Origin: Azolla caroliniana
Lineage: Eukaryota; Plantae; Polypodiophyta
Length of the DNA stretch: 64,000 bases
Direction: 5' to 3'
NCBI GenBank assembly: GCA_043228905.1
Contig: JBHGNT010000005.1
Coordinates: 12,958,001-13,022,000 of the forward strand
Shown one piece after another: positions 1 to 13,229 of this stretch. Position numbers and translations under genes: made by a program. The notes below the pieces were generated by a model that was not told where the DNA came from, did not search any database, and saw only the letters and a program-made list of their open reading frames with translations. Position 1 is the stretch's first letter, and the number at the start of each line of letters is the position of its first letter.

Positions 1-244
1 TCATTTGTTATAGAACAACCAATACACTTTTGATGTAGATCCAGAAATAACAAAGGTTGAGATGAAGAAGTGGGTTGAACTTTTCTTCAACGTTGAAGTG
101 AGAGGCATTAATAGTCTTTGATTACTTGGCACAAAGAAGAAACAAAAAAAGACAAATAGGATGGAATTTCCAAGTTACACGCGTCAAAAATGAATGATTG
201 TTACACTCCAAGATAAATATTCTATCCCATTATTTTTCAACTAA
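1..244 (+). pseudogene. rpl23: plastid rpl23 fragment (NUPT)
   Basis: Translates [28 protein letters not shown]...MIVTLQDKYSIPLFFN* with internal stops. Confidence 0.85.
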
Positions 245-285
245 AAAAATGTTGTTGCTAACGATAAAAAAGAGGAAGAATAAGT

Positions 286-405
286 ATGGCTATATGATTT
301 TTTAAGGCACATATACCGGCACGCGTAATCAAGTTGTTTCATGTTTCATCGAAATAACAATGTTAGAACCCGAAAAGATGTTGACTTGCCGTAATGTATC
401 TAGAA
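286..405 (+). pseudogene. rpl2: plastid rpl2 5' fragment
   Basis: ATG GCT ATA TGA TTT..., then GTRNQ after a frameshift; directly follows rpl23 as in the plastome. Confidence 0.7.
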
Positions 406-570
406 ATGAGTGCCATCATGACTGGAAAGCCAGTCCCAAAACCGAATACTGTTCCAGAATCTTTTCGATTGCTAGTCTGAGAATTACGATGCATGGGCCT
501 GAATTTGAAACACGAGTTTGTGTTTGAAGAAGATTCAGGTAGGGGAAGCAAGATATTTGATACTCCATAG
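406..570 (+). pseudogene. rpoB: plastid rpoB 3' end
   Basis: TGKPVPKPNTVPESFRLLV*ELRCMGLNL matches the RpoB C-terminus. Confidence 0.85.
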
Positions 571-605
571 AAGTAAAAAAAACACCAATTGAAACTTTTT
601 ATCTT

Positions 606-828
606 ACGATTCATGACACTAATTATCAAAAACTTTGTATTGGACTAGCTTCCCCCAAACAGATTCGTAGTTGGGCCGAAAGAAGGTTACCTAATGGAGA
701 GACTGTTGGTCAAGTTGCTTAACCTTATACATTGCATCATAAGACCCATAAGCCAGAGCGAGATGGTTTATTCTGTGACAGAATTTTTGGGCCAATAAAA
801 AGTGGAGTTTGTGCCTACGGTAACTTAT
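606..828 (+). pseudogene. rpoC1: plastid rpoC1 exon 1, 5' part (ACG start)
   Basis: [26 protein letters not shown]...[22 protein letters not shown]. Confidence 0.9.
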
Positions 829-1299
829 CGAGGAATCCTTGATCATGTTTTTTTAATCCACCAGTAACTCCTTTTTCTATTTTTATTTTTTCCCTTATTC
901 CTACCTATCTGTGATAGAATCTACACTCCCACAAGATGGATAGAATATAAATAAGTTGATAGAAACTATTACTACATAGTAGAGAATTTTTATGAGTTTT
1001 TTCGTTCCTAACAGGCATTTTTTCTATATCTTGGGTTAATTTCTTTGGTTGATTTGATATGTCAAAAGCTTCTGAAGGAATGAAACAATCTTTTTTACAA
1101 AAATATAACAACCAAAAAGATATATTTTGTTATTGAAGTGACTACGTTGGCAATCGACAAAATTTATCATACTTTGTTAGACCTACCCCTAAAAAAGAGA
1201 ACTTTTTAAATTTAAATAGGTTGATATAAAAATTGAATTTACATGCATATATAAATATTTAGAAAAAAATCTCTCTATACATTTCCTTGTTTTACTCGT

Positions 1300-2512
<1,213 letters not shown>

Positions 2513-2610
2513 TGTTGAGATCTAGATATGAGATATCTTCTAAAAATAAGTCTTATAATATATAAAGTAAAGGTACAAGGTTCAAATCCCAGTGTGCTTG
2601 ATCCTCAACA
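2513..2610 (-). repeat. 3' LTR of copia element
   Basis: TGTTGAGA...CTCAACA; 96/98 identical to 6989-7086; PPT (TGAGAGGGAA on minus) adjacent. Confidence 0.95.
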
Positions 2611-5600
2611 TTCCCTCTCAAGCACATTAAGATCATAAAGACCAAGTTTTCTTCTAAACTTGAAAAACTTCTCTTTTGGTAATGGCTTGGTGAAGATATC
2701 AACAACTTGATCCTCTGTTTTGATATGTCTCAAATCAATGAGGCCTTCGACTATCTTTTCACAAATGAAATGATAATGAACCTCAATATGTTTTGTACGA
2801 GCATGAAAAATAGGATTCTTTGCTAACAAGATAGCACTTATGTTATCACAATAGATAACTAATGGTCTTTGTATTTTGACTCCAAGATCCTTTAATAACA
2901 TCTCTAACCATGTAGCTTCAGATGTAGGTTGGGTTGTAACTCTATACTCTACTTCTGTGGTGCTCAATGCAACAGTTGGTTGTTTCTTTGACAACCGTGG
3001 CACAACTCCACTACCAAGTGAACAACAATATCCACTTGTACTTCTTCTTGTCTCTTTATCTCCAGCCCAATCTGCGTCACAAAAGAAACTAGGAGACACC
3101 TTATCATTAAAATACAAAAGACCATATTCTAATGTTCCTTTTATGTATCTTAGAATTTTTTTTACTCTCACCATATGCGCTTTCATAGGCTCTTGCATAT
3201 ATCTAATGACAATACCAACTGCAAATGCAATATCTGGTCTTGTTATTGTCAAGTACATAAGCTTTCCAACTATCTGTTGATACATCTTGACATTTGTAAG
3301 AGCATCATTTTTAGTAGCATCTAACGTCATTCTTTCTTGCATTGGTGTTTGCATTGGCTTACAATCATACATACTAAATTCTTTTAGCATATCAACCATA
3401 TACTTTTTCTGAGAAAGCATCCAACCATTAATACATTTAATCACTTCAATGCCCAAGAAGTACTTAAGCTCTCCTAAATCCTTCATCTCAAACTCATTTG
3501 ACATATTATGTTTTATTTTTTGTACAAGATCATCATTATCACATGTTATAATTAGATCATCTACGTATAAAAAAATAATGATTTTACCATTTGTACCATC
3601 ATTCATAAAAACTGATGCGTTTGTACAACTTTGCTTGAAATTCATACTTTTCAAGTAGTTTCCCAACCTTTCAAACCATATTCTTGGTGATTGTTTTAGT
3701 CCGTATAAGCCCCTCTTCAATTTGCACACATAATCAGGGTTAACATTATCCTAAAAACCATGTGGTTGTTCCATGAACACTTCTTCCTTCAAAATACCAT
3801 TCAAAAAAGCATTTTTCACATCGATCTGATATAAATTCCATTTTAGAGATGCTGCTAAAGAGATAACAACCCTAATAGAGGCCATTTTAGCTAATAGTGA
3901 AAATGTTTCTTCATAATCTAGACCATATGTTTGAGAATAACCTTTAGCCACTAATCTTGCTTTACATCTATTCAAAGTACAATCAAAATTGAACTTAGAC
4001 TTATATACCCACTTACAACCAGTTACCTTTTTATCATTCGGTCTAGGCACTAACTCCCATGTATCATTCTTGTATAATGCATCAATTTCTTCCTACATAG
4101 CATACTTCCATTCTCTATTCTTATATGCATCTTCAAAACAATTAGGCCATAAACAGATAATGTTGTGCAATGCAACTATCATATATTAACATCTGAACAG
4201 GTTTTCTTATTCTACTAGATCTTCTTAATTGTGAAGTTGTCCCACAATTTATGTCAGCTTCTTCAACGTAATTATCTATTTTCTCATTCTTGGTATCAAC
4301 ATCATTTTCGCAATCCACGCTACTTAGCTTACTTGACAAATGTATTTGCACATCACATTCTAATGTTTTCCTATTTTGCATTTCATCAAATTTTACACTC
4401 TTTGAGATGTAAAACTTCTCATCATCTATATCAAAACATCTATATCCATTTTTTATGACATCAATACCGAGGAAAATACACTTTATAGCCTTTTCATCAA
4501 GCTTCTTCCTTACTTGACTAGGAACATATACATAGCAAATACATCCAAAAACTTTTAATGTATCAACTCGAGGCTTTTTATTATAAAACAATTCATAAGG
4601 AGTATTATTACCAATTATGGTTGTTGGCATTCTATTTATCAAAGTCACTGCATAGTGACAAGCATCAGCCAAAAACCTTTTTGACAAATTTACTTCAAAT
4701 AGCATAGCTCTAGCTGTCTCTAGTATATGTCTATTTTTCCTTTCTACAACTCCATTCACTTGAGGAGTGTATCTAGGTGTGACTTGCCTTATAATACCAT
4801 TTTCTATTAAGAACTTATCAAATTCATTTGACATATACTCAGTTCCTCCATCACTTCGAAGCATTTTTATTTTTCTATTACATTGATTCTCAACCATTTG
4901 CTTGAATTCAATGAGCTTTGTAAAAATGTCACTTTTCTTTTTTACAAAGTATATCCACACCATTCTAGAATAATCATCAATGAATGTTACAAAATACCTT
5001 GATCCTCCAATGCTTGCTACTTGTGAAGGACCCCAAACATCTGTATGAACCAACTCCAATGGGTGCTTGAAAGTTGGATTCCTCATCGGCATTACCGTCC
5101 TTGTGAACTTTGCTTTACAACACGACTCACAAAAAGGTAGAACACAATCTCTATTAAACTTTGGCAATCCATGAACCAAATCATTATTACTCATATTTAA
5201 CAATCTTTTTGCACTCACATGTCCCAATCTTTTACGCCACAACTCAAACTCATTTTTTTCATTTGCAATCATGCATTTCTTTTCTGTGTCATTCAATATG
5301 AACATTCGTCCTACTTTTCTTCCGGTTACAAACACTTCTCCCGTGTTTGAATTTGTTATGGTACATCCATACTTATTAAACAATACATCCATATCTTTCT
5401 CAACTAGTTGACCAATAGAAATTAAATTCTTTTTAACACCAGGTACGTACCACACATCTTTTAGCATTTTGGACATGTCATTCGACAAATGCAATTGAAC
5501 ATCTCCACAACTTTTTACATCATAACATGTATCATCACCCATACAAATTTCAATTGGAGTGGACAAACCCTTTGTTGCATCAAACAAACCACAATCTCCA

Positions 5601-6694
5601 GTCATGTGATGTGAACAACCAGAATCAAGATACCAAGCATTATTTGCATTCTTACCAATTGTAACTGCAAGTGCATTTTTGTCACATGTATTCTCATCAT
5701 GTTCATCTACTTGAGTAATACTACTGGATGCATAATTACTTTCACTATATTTTCCATTATTTATATCACTTTGTCAAATCCAACAGTCTTGCACATGATG
5801 CCCAATCTTATTACAATAAAAACACTTAATAGTTGAGGCTAAATAACCATGAAAATTACCTTGATTATTCTGAAATTTTCGTCCTCTTTGTATTCTCCCT
5901 CTCCCTCTAATATTATTGTTATTGTAGTTCTCACCTTCTTGTTTATTTTCATTGCAAATTTGTTCATTTTGCCATCTTCCACGAGCTTGATTTCTTCCTC
6001 GTTGTTGCCACCTTCCTCCTCTTCCTCTTAGAGATTTTCCTCTATTAGCATAGAAAGATGGTTCTTCACTCCAATCCTTACCACTCTTTGATGAACTTGT
6101 AATTTGTTCTTCTTGTAGCAGCTTAGGAATCAACTCATTAAATGATGGTATTCCAGCAACATAAATGGATGTTTTAAATATATTAAAGTTTGATGGCAAT
6201 CCTTTCAAACATACATGCACAATATCATCATCATCCACAATACAATCTATCAATGCCAAATCATCCACAATTTTCTTAATTTTTCCAACATAATCCATGA
6301 TTGTCATGTTTCTATCCATTTTAACATTTTGTAATTGCTATTTTAGTTGCATTTTTCTAGGCGAAGATACATTCGAAAAAAACTTTTCTAATGTATTCCA
6401 CATTTCCTTAGTAATATTACAATGCTTTATATGTGGAATCAAAGATGATGAAAGAGTGTTTGAAAGTATTACCATGGCTTGTGCATCCTTTTTATTCCAA
6501 TCTTTTGCATCCTCAATAACACCCGATTCTTTTTCCTTTCCCTTTCTATCTTCTTCTTTTATTGTAGGACTAGGTTTATCATTAACAACTATATGCCACA
6601 ATTCTTCTGCTTTTAAAAACAACATGACTTTATACTTCCATGATGCATAATTATCTTTAGTCAATTTTTCAAGTTTCGCTACTTGAACAGACAT
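2605..6694 (-). pseudogene. copia gag-pol polyprotein broken by stops and a frameshift
   Basis: Zn knuckle CFYCNKIGHHVQDC, PR WYLDSGCSHHMTG, INT VHTDVWGP/RSDGGTEY, RT LYVDDL, RH DADWAG; stops at 6338, 5774 and 3751, frameshift near 4140. Confidence 0.95.
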
Positions 6695-6975
6695 ATTGAA
6701 TGCAAGTACATAAGGATCTTAATTAAAAATGTTTACCAAAAAATTGTTGTTGTTGAAGAGCTTGCGTGTTCGTGATAGCTTGATGCTTGACGGCCTTTCG
6801 ATATGTCGTTGCGATAATCGTAGAAGAAATTACTTATTGTTGAGATGCTGATATTGATAGTTGAGATGAGGAAGAAAAGGTTGTACAAAAGTTGGCTATG
6901 GTGTTGAGATGTTGATATTGATGGTTGAGTTTGTGGAGAAGTAATAGAGAAATGATGGGAGAAATGGTTGATTAT

Positions 6976-6988
6976 GGCTCTGATACCA
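6976..6988 (-). promoter_or_regulatory. Primer binding site (tRNA-iMet)
   Basis: TGGTATCAGAGCC immediately inside the 5' LTR. Confidence 0.95.
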
Positions 6989-7086
6989 TGTTGAGATCTA
7001 GATATGAGATATCTTCTAAAAATAAGTCTTATAATATATAAAGTAAAGGTACAAGGTTCAAATCCCAATGTGCTTGATCGTCAACA
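6989..7086 (-). repeat. 5' LTR of copia element
   Basis: Direct repeat of 2513-2610. Confidence 0.95.
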
Positions 7087-7091
7087 CTTAG

Positions 7092-7388
7092 TTTTAATAC
7101 CAAGTAATTTCGATAAGAGAATAAGCTTCGAAAGACCTATAGGATTCAACTTCTCGGTGTAATAATCGATCGTATCTATCACAAATTTTTGGCGAGTAAC
7201 TTCAGTAACAATCGTTTTGTAAAGAAGTAAAACATTGAGAAATTTATGAGGATACTTCTCGTTATTCCGAGTGATTTTGTTGATACTAGTACCAACACTA
7301 CCTAGTAGTTGGCTTCTCGTTTTTGATAAACCACAAATCGATTTATCTAAGTCATACTTTAGTTTTAAAGATACTCTCCCGAAAGAGG
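7092..7388 (-). pseudogene. ycf2: ycf2 fragment, continuation of 2049-2512
   Basis: Flanks the copia TSD; plastid-like composition. Confidence 0.45.
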
Positions 7389-8177
7389 GGAAAGAAGAAT
7401 CTCCGATTGTATCGAGCCATCAGGACCTTTGTTACAAGCATCGGGAGTTAAGTGGGATCTCCGAAAGGTTGATAATTATGAATGTTATGATAAATTGGAT
7501 TGGCAAATCCAATCAAAAAAAGAAGGAGATTACTTGGCTCGTTACTTGGTAGGAAAGAAGAATCTCCGATTGTATCGAGCCATCATGACCTTTGTTACGA
7601 GCATCGGGAGTTAAGTGGGATCTCCGAAAGATTGTGTTAATCGGCTAATTACTAACTACTACCGATACAGAAGAGTGAACGTCGCTACCCAACGTTCTAA
7701 CAAGGAATTGTGTTTTACGAACGGAAATATACTATATTAATCGGTAATTACCGTGATCGTTACTTAGTTATAAATTAGGAAGATTGCACTTAACAACATA
7801 GACAATAGAAAGAACACAAAATCCGTACATGATATTCCTAACTTAAACTTATATTACTAAATAAACGACCTTTCTTACAATGCCTTCGGTTCCCTTTTAT
7901 AGGTATACCGAAGGTCTTTTCTCATCAAGAACTATTCCTACTTACTATCAAGAATTACAAAATTATCTAACTAACTTAGTTCTCTTCGTTCACTGCTGAG
8001 TCATTGATCCGAACAGTCGATCCGAACCGACTCCGTTTTCGACGCTTTCCCACTTGTTCGGTAAAACTGACTGTCCGGGTTCGGGTAACAGATTGATAAT
8101 TATGAATGTTATGATAAATTGGATTGGCAAATCTAATAAAAAAAAGAAGGAGATTAGTTGGCTCATTACTTGGTACG
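7389..8177 (+). pseudogene. ndhH: Tandemly duplicated ndhH fragment; second copy split by a solo LTR
   Basis: [44 protein letters not shown] occurs twice (unit about 163 bp). Confidence 0.9.
7635..8090 (-). mobile_element. Solo LTR (456 bp)
   Basis: TGTTA...TAACA ends, 5-bp TSD GATTG (7630-7634 and 8091-8095), CCTATAAAAGGG TATA-like motif on minus strand. Confidence 0.88.
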
Positions 8178-8604
8178 AATCAACAAGGTCAGCCGATCCG
8201 GCTTTCAAGCATCAGTATACGCCTAAGACGTGGATGACCCTGATAGATTATTCCTAACATGTCATAAGATTCCCGTTCCTAAAAGTCAGAACTTTTCCAA
8301 ACCCAAAAGAATGAAGGAATTATAGGGTTTTCTCTTGGAACAAAGATCTTTGTACAAACCTCCTCAGGTTGATCCGCCTCGTCCTGCATCTGCGTGAGGT
8401 GATACACACTAACTAAAACCCCCCCTGTGTAGCATCATATGCACATTGGGAATGTAGGTAGTTGAAACAAAAAATGTATGGAGCAACAACTTTAACCTGC
8501 GAAGTTTCGACACCTCTGTAATCATAACCTAGGGGTCTGTGAGCGAATCCGTGTTTGGTCAACCAAGCGGATAATTGACCCTGCGTCGTCTTGGTGTCAA
8601 ACAT
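8178..8604 (-). pseudogene. ndhJ: ndhJ, nearly complete
   Basis: [12 protein letters not shown]...YLHSQCAYD...QPEEVC...ERESYDMLGI...HPRLRRILM. Confidence 0.9.
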
Positions 8605-8678
8605 TTGTATATCGATTAAAACCTCTCTTCTGTTTCTATACCCAAAAAAACTATTAACTCATCAGCTTCCGATATTGA

Positions 8679-9440
8679 TTATTCTGAAAGCTGATCTTTT
8701 ACTATTATTGAATCTAACGAGACCAAAAAAGCATCTAACGAGGACTCTCTACCCCAATCATCTAGTTGTTGGTTGTATTCACCAGTGTGAATGCTAGGTA
8801 CTAAATGGAGGTGATGATTCATACCAAAGTACTTTTTTCGAGTAGAACTAGAAGCTCGATCCTTGTTCCTATAGTTATTCTCTTGAGTCACTTTTTTGTG
8901 AAGTTTAGTCACAACATCAATAATAGCTTCAGGTCTAGGTGGACAACCCGGCAAATAAATATCTATAGGAATTAATTTATCTACCCCGTGAACAATGTTG
9001 TAGAAATCTGTACTAAACATACCTCCTGTAATTGTGCAGGCTCCCATAGCAATTACGTATTTTGGTTCAAGCATCTGTTCATATAACCTGACCAGGGATG
9101 GAGCCATTTTCATAGTTATCATACTGGTTGTCACGATGAGGTCAGCTTGTCTGGGGCTGGACCTAGGTACTAAGCCATATCGGTCGAAGTCGAATCGCGA
9201 ACCTATTAGTGAAGCTAACTCAATAAAACAACAGGTAGTACCGTATAATAGTGGCCACAAACTTGATAGTCTAGACCAATTTGAAAAGTCCTTAATACTA
9301 GCTAAAAAAATTGAGTTTGACGTGCCCTGATCAAGTAACAAAGACTCTATTGAATAGAGAAGGGAATTCTGGGGGGGTTTATCTTTGTCACTGCTTTTTC
9401 CATTCGAATATTCAGTAATTGAGACTGTTCCGATGCCCTT
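8679..9440 (-). pseudogene. ndhK: ndhK (frame still open) preceded by the last codons of ndhC
   Basis: [64 protein letters not shown]. Confidence 0.95.
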
Positions 9441-9803
9441 TAAAAGAATATGCTCGAAAAACAGAAGAAGGGTGTAGATCTTTTTCTGATTCATTTTTTA
9501 CTTCTTGCTCGGTCAAACTAGTAGCATTGGATATTTGCTTTGTTAGAGACTTCATGTGGTTTTACTTCGAATGAACCATTTAGACAGTCTTATAGGCTTG
9601 CTGAATGGTTCATTTGTAATTTCTACCTAAATAGAAAGAAATTGAAATCGTTTTCAATCTGAAAGTACGGAATGTTCCGTAATCAATCAAGTTTTCTTTT
9701 AAGTGGACGACATTAATAGCTTTACCTCTTAATAGAGGCACGTCGATCTAAAAACCTATCTGATCTATAAAAGATTCAAAATTTTCTCTTTATACTATCC
9801 TAT

Positions 9804-9915
9804 TAGGGATAGAGGGGCTCGAACCCTCACGGTTAAAAAACCAACGGATTTTCTTTCTACCACGATGTACATTGTTATGCTCGCCGAACGTGTAGAATGA
9901 GACTCTATCTTTATT
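9804..9915 (-). pseudogene. trnL-UAA: trnL-UAA exon 2 with 3' end of its group I intron
   Basis: AAAATCCGTTGG...CGTGAGGGTTCGAGCCCCTCTATCCC preceded by the intron motif GATAGAGTCTCATTCTACA. Confidence 0.85.
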
Positions 9916-10464
9916 CACGAAAAAGCTATCAATTGCTAATATTTGTGGAAGCTGTTTTTTTTAGTGCACCAGAAAGCAAGTTGAGCGAAGTAAAAAAATC
10001 GGAAGTAACAAGAATAAGGATAGATCCTTTAGATAGCAACTATATATATTGCAGCAAGGATCACACCCGATATTCATCCTACCCAACTACCCAACCCTCT
10101 CATCCGTTCCTGTACCTTATCTAATCCGATGGATGGTCGTAGTAGTCGTACGGTTAGTAACTCTCGGATTGTAAAGATTGAAAGATTGTTCGTTCGAATA
10201 GCTCCCGTCGAGTCTCTGGAGTCTGTACCTATCTCGCTTCGATGTCCGAAAGTCATTTAGCTGAAGTTAGATTTGGCTCAAGATTACCCGCAAAAAAATC
10301 ATGGGTTCCCCTGAATATGGGAGTTGTCACTGGATCCGTTTCCACACCCAGGCTCGATCCGATTGAGTCCGTAGCGTCTAGCATTCCGCCATATCCCCTA
10401 CTCTTGGTCCCCAAAAGACTGAAACACAAGTAACAATCAATCTGGTAGTTCGGGCTTTGGGTCA

Positions 10465-11699
10465 TATTTCCATTTCCTATCAGAAATGATATGCTTTGTT
10501 TTAGAGATTTCTTTATCGTCTTGGTCAACGCCGCCGACTATGAAGAAGCTTATTGTTGATTGGAAACCTTCCCGATCCATTCATTCAATATTTCTATTTC
10601 TAGAAGATAGATTGCCAAAATCCAACAATATTTTAGGTATCAAAATACCACAAAATGTTCATTCAGAAAGTTTGATTCGATTGTTTCGAAGAAGTATACA
10701 GGATGCTCCATTTCTACATATTTTGAGATTGGCTTTACATAAATATTAAAAAATTTTGTTAACTTTGTTAACTCTGTTAATCTTTCAAGAAACAAGGGAA
10801 TAAAAAATATTGCCAGTGTACCTTGGAATTTCTACATCTCTGAGATTGACTCAACAATATTGTTCCTAAAAAACCAGGTACATGGACCACAATCGAGATC
10901 TTTTAGATCTATCGATTGGAATAGCATTACTCGGAAGGGGGGGCGATGTAGTTGGTATGAATACCGATCGTATGGGACAAACATGCGTTTTTGCCTGAGT
11001 CAATTTTTTTTTCATTATGGAAGGTATAGAAATCATAGTATCTTGGCTATCGGGGGGGACTAAATACTTTGCAAGAAAATGGATCTGTTTTATTTCGACA
11101 CTCCTCGAATCTTATTCTAATTCTTGTGTCAAATACAATCGAGTTTCTTTTGAAAGGCTATACAAAGATTCCTTTTTTTTCTTGGGTTATAACCTGGGTT
11201 TTCAATCAATATTAAGGAGAGTTCGCGTCAACAATGCATGAGGAGAACCCTACTTCATCCTTTTTGTGATCAATCAAGTATTTACGGAACTCCCGATTAC
11301 ACTTATGGTTAAGCTTATGGCAAGAAAGAATTCCTGCGATAGTGCCGGACATCCGATTAATAAATCAGCTTCGGTTACGCTTCTAGATCACGATATTTTG
11401 AATAGATTTTGACACATTTGGAGGATCCTATTTGTTTTTTATGGTGGTTCTACAAATCGAGATGGATCGCGTAGATCAAGGTATATTTTGCAATTATCAT
11501 GCGATAAAACTTTGGCCTGTAAGCATAAAAGTACAACCCGTTCGTTGCAACGCAGATTTGATTCGGAAACTGTTTTAGGTAATAGTGTTAAGTATAATGA
11601 GATGACGTCTAATTTTTATCAAATGATCCAAGATCTTGGTATATGAACGTCATTCGACCCACCGTATCGACACTAGCAATATCGGAAATACAAAAATAG
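10465..11699 (+). pseudogene. matK: matK, 5'-truncated and frameshifted
   Basis: RSIHSIFLFLEDRL, QDAPFLHILR, KNSCDSAGHPINKS, LSCDKTLACKHKST. Confidence 0.92.
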
Positions 11700-11929
11700 C
11701 TCCCCTCTCAATTGATACAATCAGAATTATCTCTCTTCTTAGTATTAGTAGAAAGTTGATCTTGAATCGATTCATAAAAAAATCTAATTGTTTTTGTCTT
11801 GCAGTTTACATAGACGCAAAAATACCTAGATAATACATTTGGTTGACCCTTCAATCAATTGCGCATAACACAATAATATAAAAATTATTATATTACCTTG
11901 ATTTTCATTACGAATAAAACTTATTTTTC

Positions 11930-12424
11930 CCTTTCATTCGTTGATTTGCCAATTCTTCTGGAATCTATATTGATTCTCGGCTTAATCATGATTATTGCCA
12001 CTGATTTATTGGATGAAGGAAGAGACAAAATTTTGCTTTGTAGAATCTCATTACTATCTCTGGTAATAAACATGATTCTTCTTTTGTACCAATGGGAGGT
12101 AAAGTCTTTTCCGGTTTTTCCTGAAAGTATTCAAGTTAGCACTTTTAGTAAAATATCTAGATTCTTTCTCTTGATTTGCTCACTATTATCCATTCCATTA
12201 TCCGTTGATTATGTGCAATGTACAAAAAATGTTATGGTAGAATTTTCATTATTTGTAGGTTCGGGAGGAATGCTTATGCGTAGTGCCAATAATCTAGTAA
12301 CAGTTTATGTAGCTTCAGAGTGTTTGGGTCCATCCTCTTATCTTTTATCAGGATAAGCCAAAAGAGATGTCAAATCGAACGAAGCGACTATGAAATTTCT
12401 ATCGATGGGTGGGGTAAGTCCATC
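11930..12424 (+). pseudogene. ndhB: ndhB 5' part
   Basis: ESILILGLI...SIPLSVDY...SSYLLSG*AKRDVKSNEATMKF. Confidence 0.88.
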
Positions 12425-12442
12425 TCGGGTAAGTTCGGATAA
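12425..12442 (+). pseudogene. psaB: psaB last codons (SGKFG*), followed by the psaB-rps14 spacer
   Basis: TCG GGT AAG TTC GGA TAA upstream of rps14, as in the plastome. Confidence 0.7.
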
Positions 12443-12712
12443 TCCATCCGTTTCTGAATTTACCTCCAAATCAACAGATTCTTTTTTTCTATTTTGAGTA
12501 TGTCCGTGCCACTATTACCCCGTTGGGGCTAATCGCAAAATCAACCAAATTACAAGTTGATTCATAAAAAGAAAAAGGAAAAAAAAGTATATATACATTT
12601 TTTTCCTTTTTCTACCCACAAGTCGAGGGCAAATAAATATTTCCATAACAGATCTTATCCATGTTCTATGTTTAGAATAACATAACAATCTCATTCAACT
12701 GACTTGTGAATT

Positions 12713-13015
12713 ACGGCAAGAAAGAGTCTTATTGAGAAGGAGAAAAGGAAAAAAGAATTAGTAAAAGAATATGAAGCTATTTGTCAATCTTTGAAACGAC
12801 AAATTAGGATTAGTTCATCAATCCCGCAAAAGATAGAAATTTCTAAGCAGCTGCAATCTTTGCCGCGTAAAAGTGCGCCTACTCGTCTCCGTAACCGATC
12901 TTCCCTAACCAGACGACCCAGATCCAATTATCGAGACTTTGGTTTATCCAAACATGTACCTTGTGAAATGGCACATACTTGTTTGTTGCCTGCGGTAAAA
13001 AAATCAAGTTGGTAA
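12713..13015 (+). pseudogene. rps14: plastid rps14, complete 100-codon frame with ACG start
   Basis: (ACG)ARKSLIEKEKR...LQSLPRKSAPTRLRNR...YRDFGLS...KSSW*. Confidence 0.93.
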
Positions 13016-13139
13016 ATAAAGAGAAACTCTACTAATAAAGTATAAAAAAAGATATATATAGATTACATAGTTCTTTCGTTTTTCATGTTCAATGCAATTA
13101 TTAAAGGATGTATAATAATTACATCGAAGGTATCGATTA

Positions 13140-13213
13140 GGCGGGGTAGAGCAGCTTGGTAGCTCGCAAGGCTCATAACCTTGAGGTCACAGGTTCAAAT
13201 CTTGTCTTCGCAA
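13140..13213 (+). tRNA. trnfM-CAU: plastid trnfM-CAU copy (NUPT, T-arm and acceptor mismatches)
   Basis: GCGGGGTAGAGCAGCTTGGTAGCTCGCAAGGCTCATAACCTTGAGGTCACAGGTTCAAATC. Confidence 0.9.
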
Positions 13214-13229
13214 AGGAGACCACCGATTC

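Larger units (their letters stand above)
2513..7086 (-). mobile_element. Full-length Ty1/copia LTR retrotransposon (4574 bp), defective
   Basis: 98-bp TG..CA LTRs, 5-bp TSD CTTAG (2508-2512 and 7087-7091), PBS TGGTATCAGAGCC, PPT, domain order gag-PR-INT-RT-RH. Confidence 0.97.

Noticed and set aside
8679-9494. ndhK with an N-terminal extension as a functional nuclear transfer
   Set aside because: The extension comes from the ndhC end and a fragment junction and does not resemble a transit peptide; conserved residues are altered and neighbouring genes are decayed
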